DNA of 64,000 bases, from the NCBI GenBank assembly GCA_965279375.1, contig OZ257156.1, positions 1,600,001-1,664,000 on the forward strand. The letters run 5' to 3'. Below are positions 40,270-50,401 of the stretch, piece by piece (the stretch's first letter is position 1; each line of letters starts with the position of its first letter). The position numbers were made by a program, and so were the translations under genes. The notes beneath the pieces are model-generated. The model did no database searches. It saw only the letters and a program-made list of their open reading frames with translations, and had not been told where the DNA came from. The DNA is from Gemmatimonas sp. GTDB lineage: Bacteria; Gemmatimonadota; Gemmatimonadetes; Gemmatimonadales; Gemmatimonadaceae.

Positions 40270-42117
40270 TTGACGACGTCTCATTCGCGATGGCGTAGTT
40301 CGTCGCCGCGCGCGGCGTGGATCGCCGCTCGAGCGCGCAACGCATCGCGGCGCTACTGGCGCATAGCGATCATCTCGGTGCTCGCCACGAGCGCCACCGC
40401 GCTCGCGCTCGTTCTCGTGCCGCGCACGGTCGATCGCCGATGGCGCGCGCAGCTCGACCAACTGCCGCCCACTCGCGACACGCTCACGTTACAGGCGCAA
40501 CTCGCTGCGCTCGCCGAACGCCGCGCCAACGCCGAGCGCGCCGAAGAAGCACGCGTGCGGGCAGTACTCGGCGACACGATCCTCTCCGATTCATTGCGTG
40601 CGGTGTCACCGCTGTCGTCGGCGAGCGATAGCGCGCGTGGTAACCAGGCAACGGCCGGCGTCACACCGAACGCCACGCCAATAGCGGCGGCGCCCGTGCG
40701 CGTCGTCACCGCTGCCGATGCTGCCGCCAATGCCGATCTCGCTCGTCGATTGCGTCGCGCCCGCACAGTGCCGCTCACCGAGAGCTATCGCGACCTCGCC
40801 GCATCTCCGCTGCTGCGCGATGAGCCGCGCGTCCGCGTGCTGCTCGATTCGATCGAAGCAGTGAGTCAGGAGCGCGATGCGTTTGCCGCGCTCGGTGGAG
40901 CGGATGCGCGCTATGCCGCACTGACTGCGCGACTTTCGACGCTCGGAGTGCGGCTCGTGCGTGTGGCAGAAACACGTCTCGCCGAGTCGCGCGTCGCGAC
41001 GCGTGCGACTCCGGCTCCGTCGGCACCTCCGGTACCCGCATCCTCGGCGACGGTGTCGTCGGCGACGGGCGCGAGTGCGACCAACACAGCAGCGAGTGAT
41101 ACGCCTGTTGCGACGCCCGCGCCGTCACCGAGCGATTCGCTGGCGCTCGTCGATTCCACGGCGCCTTCCAATCGCGATGTCGCGCATGACGAATTTCTGG
41201 CCGCTGAACGCGCGCGCACCGACACGCTCTTGCAGTGGACGATCGAACTCGACGCGGCGCGGCGGGAGAACGACGATCTGGTCTTGCGCCGCCGAGCGAT
41301 TCAATCGCGGTTGAGCGTCGCCGCGCCGCCGCTTGCGCTCGCGCTGGCGGCGCTTGTGGTTGGCGTCACGATTGGCTTCGCACTGGTTTTCTCGGGCGAA
41401 TTGCGGCGGCCGACCGTTGGCGACGATCGTGAGGTCGAGCGTCTCACACAGGCGCGTGTGATCGCGCGACGCCCGCAGAAGAGTGCGACGCGTCGCAAGG
41501 CCGTTGAATCGCTCACGCAGCTGCTGGACGAGGATCGCACGGCGTATGAACTGCTGCACCTCACGCTCACCGGGATCGGGGAAGTGGCGCGTCGCGTGCA
41601 CGTGATCGCGGACGATCCAACGTTGGCGACGGTGGTGGCATTGAATCTCGCGGCGACTGCGGCGCGGGACTCGCGCGTGACGTTGCTCGTTGAGGATCCG
41701 ATGGCGCGACTCCCGATGGAGCGACTCCCGATGGAGCGCGTGTCGATGGATGCTGCACGCGGTCCAACGCCACCGGACGCGCAGCCGTCGCCCGCGCTCG
41801 CGCGCACGGTCACGCTCTCGCGAGATACGTCGATCGGCGTGCTGACGGCGGCCACGCCCCAGGTGGAACGGCTGGCGACGGCGGATCGTTACGACCTCAC
41901 GTTGATGCCGGGTGATGCCGCGTCGATTGGCCGCGCCACCGCGTCGGGGTTGATTGCGCCGGATGTGTTGCTGTGCGTGCGACCTGGCGTGACCTCACTG
42001 GCGTGGTTGACCGCGGTGTCGCGCCAGACGCGCGCGTCGGGGCAGCGCGTTCGCGCCGTCTTGCTCTGGACCAGCGAGACGCCGCGCGCACTTTCTCCTC
42101 TCGCGTCCCGCAACTAG
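40270..42117 (+). CDS. Wzc/PCP-2a-like membrane protein with degenerate BY-kinase domain
   Basis: Two TM helices flanking a coiled region; C-terminal Wzc-like pattern without Walker motifs. Start uncertain (TTG 40270). Confidence 0.6.
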   Translation: MTTSHSRWRSSSPRAAWIAARARNASRRYWRIAIISVLATSATALALVLVPRTVDRRWRAQLDQLPPTRDTLTLQAQLAALAERRANAERAEEARVRAVLGDTILSDSLRAVSPLSSASDSARGNQATAGVTPNATPIAAAPVRVVTAADAAANADLARRLRRARTVPLTESYRDLAASPLLRDEPRVRVLLDSIEAVSQERDAFAALGGADARYAALTARLSTLGVRLVRVAETRLAESRVATRATPAPSAPPVPASSATVSSATGASATNTAASDTPVATPAPSPSDSLALVDSTAPSNRDVAHDEFLAAERARTDTLLQWTIELDAARRENDDLVLRRRAIQSRLSVAAPPLALALAALVVGVTIGFALVFSGELRRPTVGDDREVERLTQARVIARRPQKSATRRKAVESLTQLLDEDRTAYELLHLTLTGIGEVARRVHVIADDPTLATVVALNLAATAARDSRVTLLVEDPMARLPMERLPMERVSMDAARGPTPPDAQPSPALARTVTLSRDTSIGVLTAATPQVERLATADRYDLTLMPGDAASIGRATASGLIAPDVLLCVRPGVTSLAWLTAVSRQTRASGQRVRAVLLWTSETPRALSPLASRN

Positions 42118-42127
42118 TCTCCGGATC

Positions 42128-42562
42128 ATGTGGGCTGACACACTGCTCGTTCTCGAGCGCGGGCACTTGCTCCGATTGGCGCTCTGGGGCGGCGGCAGCG
42201 TGCTGGCCGGAACGCTGCTGTTGGCGGTGCTGACGATGCGGCGCATCGATGCGGCGCTCCTTCGTCACTTCGCCATCCAGACGGCCGCGTGGGGCGCTGT
42301 GGACCTCGCGATCTGCGCGTGGGGGTGGCGCGGTCTCGCGCTCCGTAACTACGCCGGCGCCCAGCAGCTGCTGAATATTCTCTGGCTCAATACCGGGCTC
42401 GACGCAGGGTACGTGGCGATCGGTGTCACGCTGGCCATCACCGCGTGGCGCTGGGGCGCTCGCGCCGGCGGCATCGGCGCCGGACTTGGCATCATCGTGC
42501 AGGGACTCGCGCTTTTCCTGCTCGACTTGCGTCTCATTCTCGTCATCGGTCCCATGCAGTAG
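42128..42562 (+). CDS. Small integral membrane hypothetical protein
   Basis: 4 TM helices; FAIQTAAWGAVD, LNTGLDAGY and GIIVQG. Confidence 0.75.
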   Translation: MWADTLLVLERGHLLRLALWGGGSVLAGTLLLAVLTMRRIDAALLRHFAIQTAAWGAVDLAICAWGWRGLALRNYAGAQQLLNILWLNTGLDAGYVAIGVTLAITAWRWGARAGGIGAGLGIIVQGLALFLLDLRLILVIGPMQ

Positions 42563-42605
42563 CGCTTGGAGCGCTGAATGGCACCAATCACCACACGGCT
42601 CAACT

Positions 42606-43115
42606 ATGGAACCCGCCATCCCGGACCTGCGCGACCTTCCGCGCGCTGACGCATACGCCCGGTTGCTCGAGATGCAATCGCTGTTGCTGGACGGCGCGGA
42701 CGATCCGATCTCCGCGATGGCGACGATGAGCGCGTTGTTGCATCACGCGTTCGGTCACCTCTGGACGGGTTTCTACCGCGTGGTGACGCCGGACGCATTG
42801 CTGCGGGTGGGCCCGTATCAGGGCTCGTTGGGTTGCCTCGATATTGCCTTTGGGCGAGGAGTTTGTGGCACGGCCGCCGCCGAACGACGGACGGTGGTCG
42901 TGCCGGACGTGCACGCGTTCCCGGGGCATATCACCTGCGATCCGCGTTCTCGCAGCGAGATCGTCGTGCCCGTGTTCGACGCGCATGGCGCACTGATTGC
43001 AGTGCTCGACATCGATTCGGGCGTGCCGAACGCATTTGGAGACGACGACCGTGCGGGCCTCGAGTCGATGGTGGCTTGGTTCGCGCGGACGACGTATGTT
43101 CCGCTCCCAGCCTGA
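42606..43115 (+). CDS. msrC: GAF-domain free methionine-R-sulfoxide reductase (MsrC/YebR-like)
   Basis: WTGFY, GPYQG..GC..I..GRGVCG, HITCD..SRSEIVVP and VLDIDS. Confidence 0.8.
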   Translation: MEPAIPDLRDLPRADAYARLLEMQSLLLDGADDPISAMATMSALLHHAFGHLWTGFYRVVTPDALLRVGPYQGSLGCLDIAFGRGVCGTAAAERRTVVVPDVHAFPGHITCDPRSRSEIVVPVFDAHGALIAVLDIDSGVPNAFGDDDRAGLESMVAWFARTTYVPLPA

Positions 43116-43140
43116 GCCTTCCCCGATCCCGACCTTGCGC

Positions 43141-43746
43141 ATGACCGGCTACTCCGATCGGATCAACCACGCGTTCGCCTTCGCCGCCAAGCACCACGAT
43201 CAACAGGTGCGCAAAGGCACGAAGCTGCCGTATCTCACGCATCCGGCCAACGTCGCCATCATTCTTGCGCGCTATGGCTGCGGTGATGACATGATCGTGG
43301 CGGGCATTCTCCACGATGTCGTCGAGGATTGCGTGCGTGACGGCTGGACGCGCGAAATGCTCGAGGAGCGCATCGGACGAAAGTTCGGCGCGAGCGTGCT
43401 CGAGACGGTGCTGACAGTGACCGAACGTCGCGTGGACGACGATGGCGTCGAGTTGTCCTACGATGATCGCAAGGACGACTATCTGTCGCGGCTCGCGATC
43501 GCGAGCGAAGACGCGCTCTGGGTGTGTGCCGCCGACAAGGTGCACAACGCCAACTCCATCCTCTCCGATCTACGTCGCACGTCGTTCCCCGAAACCGTCT
43601 GGGGGCGCTTCTCCGTCGATCGCGACGGCACGGTGCGAGGGTATCAGCGCGTGGCCGAACGTCTGCGCGAAGTAGGATTCACCGCGTCGATCGTCGACGA
43701 GCTCGAGATGGCGGCGCGTGATCTCGATACCGCGGGACGGGCGTAG
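43141..43746 (+). CDS. Stand-alone HD-domain protein, Mesh1/small alarmone hydrolase-like
   Basis: H..QVRK...PYLTHP, LHDVVED and ADKVHN. Confidence 0.8.
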   Translation: MTGYSDRINHAFAFAAKHHDQQVRKGTKLPYLTHPANVAIILARYGCGDDMIVAGILHDVVEDCVRDGWTREMLEERIGRKFGASVLETVLTVTERRVDDDGVELSYDDRKDDYLSRLAIASEDALWVCAADKVHNANSILSDLRRTSFPETVWGRFSVDRDGTVRGYQRVAERLREVGFTASIVDELEMAARDLDTAGRA

Positions 43747-43791
43747 CTGATCGTCAGGATTGGCTCGGGTGCGAGGTCGTGGATAGGAAGT

Positions 43792-43932
43792 GATGAACTG
43801 CCTTGCCACGGATAAGAGCAGAAACGCGCGGAAAAAGCTCGCGGATACTACGAAAACAACAATTGTTGTTCGCAGTATCCGCGAGCTTTTGTCTGTTTCT
43901 ATCAGTTCGTATCCGTGGCAGGGCAGTTCATC
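43792..43932. repeat. ~140-bp palindromic REP/REPIN-like element, copy 2
   Basis: Arms gatgaactgccttgccacggata and tatccgtggcagggcagttcatc; centre aacaacaattgttgtt. Confidence 0.9.
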
Positions 43933-43959
43933 CCTGGTATCCGAACCAATCCAGCGGGA

Positions 43960-45192
43960 CTACGCCGGCTGCAACACTCCGCCGCCATACGTCCGCTCCA
44001 CGTAGTTCTCGAGGATGACGAGGAACTCGGGCACGATGTTGTCGCCCTTGAGTGTGGTGAAGAGCTTGCCGTCCACGTACACCGGCGCCTTTGGCTCTTC
44101 GAACGTGCCAGGCAATGAGATGCCGATGTTCGCATGCTTCGATTCGCCTGGTCCGTTCACCACGCACCCCATCACGGCGACCTTCATCTCCACCACGCCC
44201 GGCTTGGATTCACGCCACACCGGCATCTGCTCGCGCAGATAGCCCTGAATGTCTTCCGCCATGTGCTGGAAGAACGTGCTGGTGGTGCGGCCACAACCCG
44301 GGCACGCGGTCACCTGCGGTGCGAACGAACGCAGCCCCAGCGACTGCAGAATCTGCTGCGCGACGAACACCTCTTCGCGACGATCGCCGTTGGGCTTGGG
44401 CGTGAGTGACACACGAATCGTGTCGCCGATTCCTTCGCTCAAGAGAATTCCCAGCGCCGCCGCCGACGCCACCACGCCCTTGGTGCCCATGCCCGCCTCG
44501 GTGAGTCCAAGGTGCAACGGATAGTCACACCGCTTGGCTAACCGACGGTAGCACTCCACGAGATCAGGCACGACGGAGATCTTCGCCGACACTATGATCT
44601 TGTCGTGCGCGAGTCCCACCTCTTCCGCCAGCGTCGCCGAACGCAATGCGCTCTCGAGCATGGCGTCCATGTACACATCCTTCGCGTCGCGCGGGGTCGC
44701 CGAGTTGGCGTTGTCGTCCATCATCTGCGTGAGCAGGTCCTGGTCGAGCGAACCCCAGTTCACGCCGATGCGCACCGGCTTGTCGTGATCGATCGCAGCT
44801 TGCACGATGGTGGTGAAGTTGGCATCGCGATGCTTCGAGCCAACGTTCCCCGGATTGATGCGGTACTTGTCCAGCGTCGCCGCGCACTCCGGGTACTTCA
44901 CCAGCAGCAGATGTCCGTTGTAGTGGAAGTCGCCGATGAGCGGGACGTCGAGTCCCATGTCATCGAGCCGCTGCCGGATTTCGGGGACCGCCTGTGCCGC
45001 CTCGTCGTTGTTGACGGTGATGCGCACCTTCTGCGAGCCCGCCTCGAACAGCTCGGCGACCTGCTTGGCCGTGGACGCCGGATCGGCGGTATCGGTGTTC
45101 GTCATCGACTGGACGACGATCGGAGCGGCGGAGCCGACCGTGACGCCGCGCACGCGGACGCTGGCGGTTTGACGACGAAGCGGAGAAGTCAC
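43960..45192 (-). CDS. ispG: (E)-4-hydroxy-3-methylbut-2-enyl-diphosphate synthase
   Basis: [37 protein letters not shown] and [10 protein letters not shown]. Confidence 0.97.
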   Translation of the reverse strand: MTSPLRRQTASVRVRGVTVGSAAPIVVQSMTNTDTADPASTAKQVAELFEAGSQKVRITVNNDEAAQAVPEIRQRLDDMGLDVPLIGDFHYNGHLLLVKYPECAATLDKYRINPGNVGSKHRDANFTTIVQAAIDHDKPVRIGVNWGSLDQDLLTQMMDDNANSATPRDAKDVYMDAMLESALRSATLAEEVGLAHDKIIVSAKISVVPDLVECYRRLAKRCDYPLHLGLTEAGMGTKGVVASAAALGILLSEGIGDTIRVSLTPKPNGDRREEVFVAQQILQSLGLRSFAPQVTACPGCGRTTSTFFQHMAEDIQGYLREQMPVWRESKPGVVEMKVAVMGCVVNGPGESKHANIGISLPGTFEEPKAPVYVDGKLFTTLKGDNIVPEFLVILENYVERTYGGGVLQPA

Positions 45193-45305
45193 AAGGAACC
45201 CTGAGCGGTGAAGAGCCGTACGGAGCGACGCGCGACCGGAGCTGTGCCCGGATCGTTGCCGCTGATAAGGTAGCGCGCCTCGCCCCTCCTCCCCAAGTTC
45301 CGCCC

Positions 45306-45791
45306 ATGGCTGATTCTTCTGGTTCCGATCGTTCGGGCGCCGACGAGCGCTCCGACGCCGCCGTCGAGAGCGGCATGTCCGAGGCGGCGACTCCCGTACT
45401 CGTGCCCAAGAAGTCCTTCGCCCGACGCAACTGGGGCAAACTCACGCTGGCGACCCTGTTCGGGCTTCCCGCGGCGACGCTGGCCATCTGGACCGCCGTT
45501 GCCATGACCTACACCTACTCCGATGGCGAGCGGGCCGGCTACGTGCAGAAGATGTCCCGCAAGGGATGGGTCTGCAAAACGTGGGAAGGCACGCTCTACA
45601 CCGACATCGCCAAGGGCTTTCGCTCGGACAGCTTCAACTTCACCGTGCGCAGCGACTCCATTGCGCACCTGGTCGACAGCCTCAGTGGCAAGCGAGTTGC
45701 AGTACGGTATGAGCAGCACGTCGGACTCCCCACCTCCTGTCTCGGGGATACGGAATATTTCGTGTCCGGGGTACGTGCCATTCCTGAATAG
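45306..45791 (+). CDS. Conserved single-TM hypothetical protein
   Basis: [24 protein letters not shown]...GDTEYFV. Confidence 0.75.
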   Translation: MADSSGSDRSGADERSDAAVESGMSEAATPVLVPKKSFARRNWGKLTLATLFGLPAATLAIWTAVAMTYTYSDGERAGYVQKMSRKGWVCKTWEGTLYTDIAKGFRSDSFNFTVRSDSIAHLVDSLSGKRVAVRYEQHVGLPTSCLGDTEYFVSGVRAIPE

Positions 45792-45799
45792 AGGACCTC

Positions 45800-46351
45800 A
45801 TGCATAGACTGATTCGCAAAGCAGGGCTCGCTGCACTGATCGCCCCACTTCTCGTGCTTCCCGCGCTCGTGTCCGCTCAGCAGACCACGCCGGTGTCCTT
45901 TGGCGTGAGCGGTGGACTGTCGGTTCCCACGGGCAATCTCGGTGATGCAGTCGATGGCGGCTACAACATCGCCGGCCACATCTGGCTGCAGCCGCGCTCG
46001 ATCAAGTCGGTCATGTTTCGTGGTGACGTGAGCTACGACAACTGGAAGTACAAGCGCTTCAGTGCCAACTACCGCAATCTGGGCGTCACGGCCAACGCGA
46101 TCATCCATCCGGCGGTGTCCAACTCATCGGTCGTTCCGTACCTGCTCGGCGGCGGCGGTTTCTTCAACTCGAAGGCGTATACCACCTCGAGTGAGTCCAG
46201 CACGTCGACGAACCCCGGCCTGCAGGTCGGCGGCGGCATCGAGTTCAAGCTGTCTGGCTTCTCGACGTTTGCCGAAGCGAAGTTCGTCAACGCGTTCACC
46301 GATGGCAGCAACACGAACTGGATTCCGATCACCTTCGGCATTCGCTTCTAG
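45800..46351 (+). CDS. Outer-membrane beta-barrel protein
   Basis: GAGGA SD; signal peptide; amphipathic strands; C-terminal GIRF. Confidence 0.85.
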   Translation: MHRLIRKAGLAALIAPLLVLPALVSAQQTTPVSFGVSGGLSVPTGNLGDAVDGGYNIAGHIWLQPRSIKSVMFRGDVSYDNWKYKRFSANYRNLGVTANAIIHPAVSNSSVVPYLLGGGGFFNSKAYTTSSESSTSTNPGLQVGGGIEFKLSGFSTFAEAKFVNAFTDGSNTNWIPITFGIRF

Positions 46352-46487
46352 TCGCGACGAAGGCGGCGCCTAACCAGCGCCCGCCTGCACCACATCGCGA
46401 GTTCGGACTGACCCGAATTCGCGCCACATCTCGGGGCCAGCCGCATTGCAGTAGCGGTTGGCCCCGACGTGCTTGCACTATTCGCCC

Positions 46488-47789
46488 ATGCACGACTCCG
46501 CTCAACCCGTCATCATCGTCGGCGCTGGTGTCGCTGGCCTCGTCTGCGCGATTGAATTGCAGCGCGCCGGACGTCCGGTCGTTCTCCTCGAAGCCGCCAA
46601 CGATGTCGGCGGACGCGTGCGTTCGTCGCTGATGAACGATGTCGTCGTGGACCACGGCTTTCAGGTCCTCTTCACGGCCTACCCGACGCTCGGCGAGTAT
46701 CTCGATCTCGATGCCCTGTCGCCGCGCAAGTTCCTGCCGGCAGCGCGCATCGTGCGCGATGGTCAGGTCTCGCTCATCGGAGACGCGCTGCGGGATCCCG
46801 CGCTGCTGCTCGATACCGTGCTGGCACGCGCGGTGTCCGTGGGTGACAAGCTGCGGCTGCTCGCGCTCCGACGCTTCGCACAGCAGCTCTCCATCGATGA
46901 ATGCTTCAGTGCACGCTTTGCGAATGTGACGACGCGCGCATTTCTCGAGTCGCGCGGATTCGGCAAAGGCGTCATCGACGGCTTCTTCGCGCCGTTCTAT
47001 GGCGGCATTCTGCTCGATCGGACGCTCGCCACCAATGCGTCCATCCTGCTCTTCACCTTCAAGATGCTCGCCGCCGGCGACACCGTCGTGCCGGCGCGTG
47101 GAATGGGCGAGATCACCGCACAGCTCGCGTCGAAGTTGCCGCGCGGTTCAGTGCGGGTAGGTGTGGGCGTGCGTGCGATCGAAGCGAAGGATGGCCGCAT
47201 TTACGGCGTACTGCTGGAGGACGACAGTCGCTTCGAAGCGGCGGACATCGTACTTGCCGCCGAACCGCCGGCCGCCGCACGTCTCGCGGCCACGGCCGGC
47301 ATCTCGCTCGTCGTGCCCACTGGCGACGCACGTGGATGCACGACGCTCTACTACACGACCCAACGCTCGCCGCTGCCGGGCAAGGCGCTGTGGCTCAATG
47401 CGGAGCCCAACGCGGTGATCAGTCACGCCGTCACCCTCACCGATGTCGCCCCCGAGTATGCGATGGGGCAACAGCTGCTGGTGGCCACCGCGCTGGGCGA
47501 TGCGGCCAACCTCTCCGACGATCAGCTGGATACGGCGGCGAGACGCGAGATCGCCGCGATGGCCGCAGCCAGCGGCGATCGCGCGGCGACCACGTTGACA
47601 CGTCTGGCGATCTGGCGTGTACCATACGCTCAGTTCGCCCAGCCTCCGGGATGGCGCGATCAGCGTCCCACCATCGCCTGCGGCCTTCCGGGCCTCTGGC
47701 GTGCAAGCGAAGTGCTTCACAGCAGCTCACTCGAAGGGGCGGCGCGCGGCGGACAGATGGCCGCGCGCGCTATCATCCAGCCGCGCTGA
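46488..47789 (+). CDS. FAD-dependent oxidoreductase (amine oxidase / HemY-like family)
   Basis: IVGAGVAGL, VGGRVRS, DHGFQVLFTAYP and SLEGAARGG. Confidence 0.88.
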   Translation: MHDSAQPVIIVGAGVAGLVCAIELQRAGRPVVLLEAANDVGGRVRSSLMNDVVVDHGFQVLFTAYPTLGEYLDLDALSPRKFLPAARIVRDGQVSLIGDALRDPALLLDTVLARAVSVGDKLRLLALRRFAQQLSIDECFSARFANVTTRAFLESRGFGKGVIDGFFAPFYGGILLDRTLATNASILLFTFKMLAAGDTVVPARGMGEITAQLASKLPRGSVRVGVGVRAIEAKDGRIYGVLLEDDSRFEAADIVLAAEPPAAARLAATAGISLVVPTGDARGCTTLYYTTQRSPLPGKALWLNAEPNAVISHAVTLTDVAPEYAMGQQLLVATALGDAANLSDDQLDTAARREIAAMAAASGDRAATTLTRLAIWRVPYAQFAQPPGWRDQRPTIACGLPGLWRASEVLHSSSLEGAARGGQMAARAIIQPR

Positions 47790-47812
47790 CCACCTCACGA
47801 ACACACGCTGTC

Positions 47813-48379
47813 ATGCGAAAGACTCTCTCCTCCGTCGCACTGGCGTTACTCCTCCCGGCCGCACTCGCCGCGCAATCTCTACGCGAGCAGACGCGCGCGG
47901 TACGCACCGACTCGCCGAAGCACGTCATTGCCGTCAATCCGTTCCTCCCGCTCTTTGGGTACTTCCAGGGCGAGTTCGAGACTCGTCTCAACGCCAACGT
48001 CGCGTTCGCGATCGCCGGATCGCATGTGGAATGGGATAACGACCGCTACACCAACCTCGACGCGAAGCTGCGACTCTATCCGCAGGAGCGTGCGCTGCAG
48101 GGACTGGGACTTGCTGCATCGGTCGGTGTCGCCAACATTCGGCGCGCATCGTACCAGGACTGCAGCTTTCTGACCCCCGATTGCACGACCGTCGCGAAGC
48201 GCAACATCGGCGCGCCCACCTTCGCCGTCGAAGGGCAGTACCAGTGGCTCCTCGGCAGCAAGCGCGCCACCGCCGTGAGCACCGGCTTCGGCGTCAAGCG
48301 TTACTTCGTGGATCGCGATGACCTGAATGGCGATCGCGTTCGTCCGACCTTCAAGCTCGCGATCGGCTACGCGTTCTAG
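47813..48379 (+). CDS. Small outer-membrane beta-barrel protein (DUF3575-like)
   Basis: Signal peptide from ATG 47813; C-terminal IGYAF. Confidence 0.7.
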   Translation: MRKTLSSVALALLLPAALAAQSLREQTRAVRTDSPKHVIAVNPFLPLFGYFQGEFETRLNANVAFAIAGSHVEWDNDRYTNLDAKLRLYPQERALQGLGLAASVGVANIRRASYQDCSFLTPDCTTVAKRNIGAPTFAVEGQYQWLLGSKRATAVSTGFGVKRYFVDRDDLNGDRVRPTFKLAIGYAF

Positions 48380-48420
48380 TGCATCGCTGCACTGCACGGC
48401 TCGGGGGAGGGGCACGCGTG

Positions 48421-49017
48421 ATGGCCGCGCTCGGAATGCTTGCGCTCGTCGCAGCTACAGTCGCCGTACTCACGCCGACGGCGGCCCTCGCGCAGAACGG
48501 TGCGTCGCAGCGAACGGTCACACCGGACACGGTGCTGATGCCGACACGTGCCTTGTCGATCAATCCGTTCCTGCTTCTCTGGGGCAACGTGCAGGCGGAG
48601 TTCGAGCAGCGCATCAACGTTCGGTCCGCGTTCGCGGTCTCCGGCTCATCGATGCGCTTCGGCTCCGACCTCCGATACAACAATCTCGACGCCAAGCTGC
48701 GCTTCTATCCCGCCGAGGGCGCGCTGGAGGGGCTCGGTGTCGCGGCGGCGGTTGGTGTAGGTCAGCTGCGACGCGATCTCACCTACTACACCTGCGCTGG
48801 CACCGGCATCGAGCCTGCTTGCAGTCTCGGCAAGAGCAGTGTCACCGTACCCACGTTCTCGATGGAAGCCACGTACCAGTGGCTGCTCGGTCAAAAGCGC
48901 GCCACCGCCGTCGCCGTCGGCTTTGGTGCCAAGCGTTACTTCGCGTCGCGAGACGACTTCCGCAGCGAGTGGCGCACCTGGCCCACCGGACGGCTCACCA
49001 TCGGTCGCGCCTTCTGA
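48421..49017 (+). CDS. Small outer-membrane beta-barrel protein, tandem paralog
   Basis: Shares NPF, NLDAKLR.YP, YQWLLG.KRATAV and KRYF with the previous gene; C-terminal IGRAF. Confidence 0.7.
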   Translation: MAALGMLALVAATVAVLTPTAALAQNGASQRTVTPDTVLMPTRALSINPFLLLWGNVQAEFEQRINVRSAFAVSGSSMRFGSDLRYNNLDAKLRFYPAEGALEGLGVAAAVGVGQLRRDLTYYTCAGTGIEPACSLGKSSVTVPTFSMEATYQWLLGQKRATAVAVGFGAKRYFASRDDFRSEWRTWPTGRLTIGRAF

Positions 49018-49068
49018 CGCGACATTCGCTTGTTTGTGCTTGCGCTGGAACCTGCGTTGGAACTTGCG

Positions 49069-49614
49069 TTAGAACTTGAAGCCCAATCCGGCGAACACGA
49101 GCGGGACGTCACCAAGTCCAATCTGCCCGGCTGCGCTCACGCGTGACGAAAGCCAGTAACGCGCACCGACCTGCATCCCTACACCAAAGCCGAGATCACT
49201 GATTGCGCCGGTCGCCGCGCTGGTGATGTCCGCACTCGTGCGCAACAGCCCGGCGCTCGCGCCAATGTACGAATCGAGCTTCGGGTGTCCGGCGGTCGTG
49301 AGATGCAGATTGCCCGTCGCCAGCAGTGGAATGATCAGCTGCGTTGTCTTCACGCTGCGTTCGGTCTTCGAGTCACGCTCCGCACCCACGAACGCACCAA
49401 CACCCAAGTGTAGGTGCGCGCCGAGCGATGCCACGCCCCACTCGACGGTCGCACCACCGCCCAGTCCATCAAAGGCGCCGCCGGCCATCACGCCAAACGA
49501 GAGCACGCGCGTGCCTTTCGCGAAATTCGGCGCGGTAGACTGCGCACCAACGAGCGTTGGCGCGATCAGTGCCAGCGCGCATGCAGAGATCAGCGTTCGG
49601 AGTGAGTGCGTCAT
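49069..49614 (-). CDS. Outer-membrane beta-barrel protein
   Basis: GGAG SD; signal peptide; VGARYW; C-terminal GFKF. Confidence 0.75.
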   Translation of the reverse strand: MTHSLRTLISACALALIAPTLVGAQSTAPNFAKGTRVLSFGVMAGGAFDGLGGGATVEWGVASLGAHLHLGVGAFVGAERDSKTERSVKTTQLIIPLLATGNLHLTTAGHPKLDSYIGASAGLLRTSADITSAATGAISDLGFGVGMQVGARYWLSSRVSAAGQIGLGDVPLVFAGLGFKF

Positions 49615-49703
49615 CGTGTGGTCTCCAATTGCAAGGACAGGGCAATGCTGCGTCATGCTCGCAAGCCGGGAGTTCGCGAGTGCGGGTGGTCGTGCGTGAC
49701 TGA

Positions 49704-50396
49704 CTACGTCGTGGGAGTGAGGACGCCAACGAGCGCGCCCACGTCCATCATACGGGTTACGGTCGTCACGGCGCCCGCGTTCCGCAGCCGCTCCGCCGAC
49801 ACCATCTCGGCAAAGCCGATCACCGTCATGCCTGCATCGGTGGCGCCCTTCACACCCAGCGGGCTGTCTTCCACCACGATGGTGCGTGCCGGCGCAAACC
49901 CCATCTGTTCGGCGGCGTGGAGAAACAGATCCGGCGCCGGCTTGGGCCGTGCGACATCCATCGCCGAGAAACGCTTTCCTTCGAACCGTGCGAGTAGCCC
50001 GGTCTTGCCGAGCGTTGCACGCATCTTCTCGTGCTCACCGTTGGATGCCACGGCGTAGCGCACACCGGCGGAGTCCAACGCGTCGAGCAGCGTGGTGATA
50101 CCGGTAACCGCCACGAGATCGCGCTCGAGTTCGAGCAACGACTCCGCGTGAAAGCGCTCCAGCAAGTTGTCCGGCGGTGCGTGACCCAGCATCTCGGTCG
50201 TGATGGCCATGCACGTCGCCATCGAGTTGCCCATGAAGATGCCGAGCGATTGCTCGGTGGTCATCGGCAACCCGATCTCGGTGAGCAGGCGCGCCCACAC
50301 GCCGTTGGAGATGCGCTCGCTGTCCACCAGCACGCCGTCGCAATCGAAGATCACGCCGTCAAGTGCCGGCAAGAGCGGCGCCGTGATCGGACTCAT
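49704..50396 (-). CDS. HAD-superfamily IA hydrolase
   Basis: IFDCDGVLVDSE, ASN, KPAPD and VEDS..G. Confidence 0.92.
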   Translation of the reverse strand: MSPITAPLLPALDGVIFDCDGVLVDSERISNGVWARLLTEIGLPMTTEQSLGIFMGNSMATCMAITTEMLGHAPPDNLLERFHAESLLELERDLVAVTGITTLLDALDSAGVRYAVASNGEHEKMRATLGKTGLLARFEGKRFSAMDVARPKPAPDLFLHAAEQMGFAPARTIVVEDSPLGVKGATDAGMTVIGFAEMVSAERLRNAGAVTTVTRMMDVGALVGVLTPTT

Positions 50397-50401
50397 GCCG
50401 C

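Noticed and set aside
49039..49078. 12-bp triple repeat (cttgcgttggaa-like) at a convergent gene end; similar degenerate 12-mers at ~13358-13400
   Set aside because: Short local slippage duplications with no evident function.
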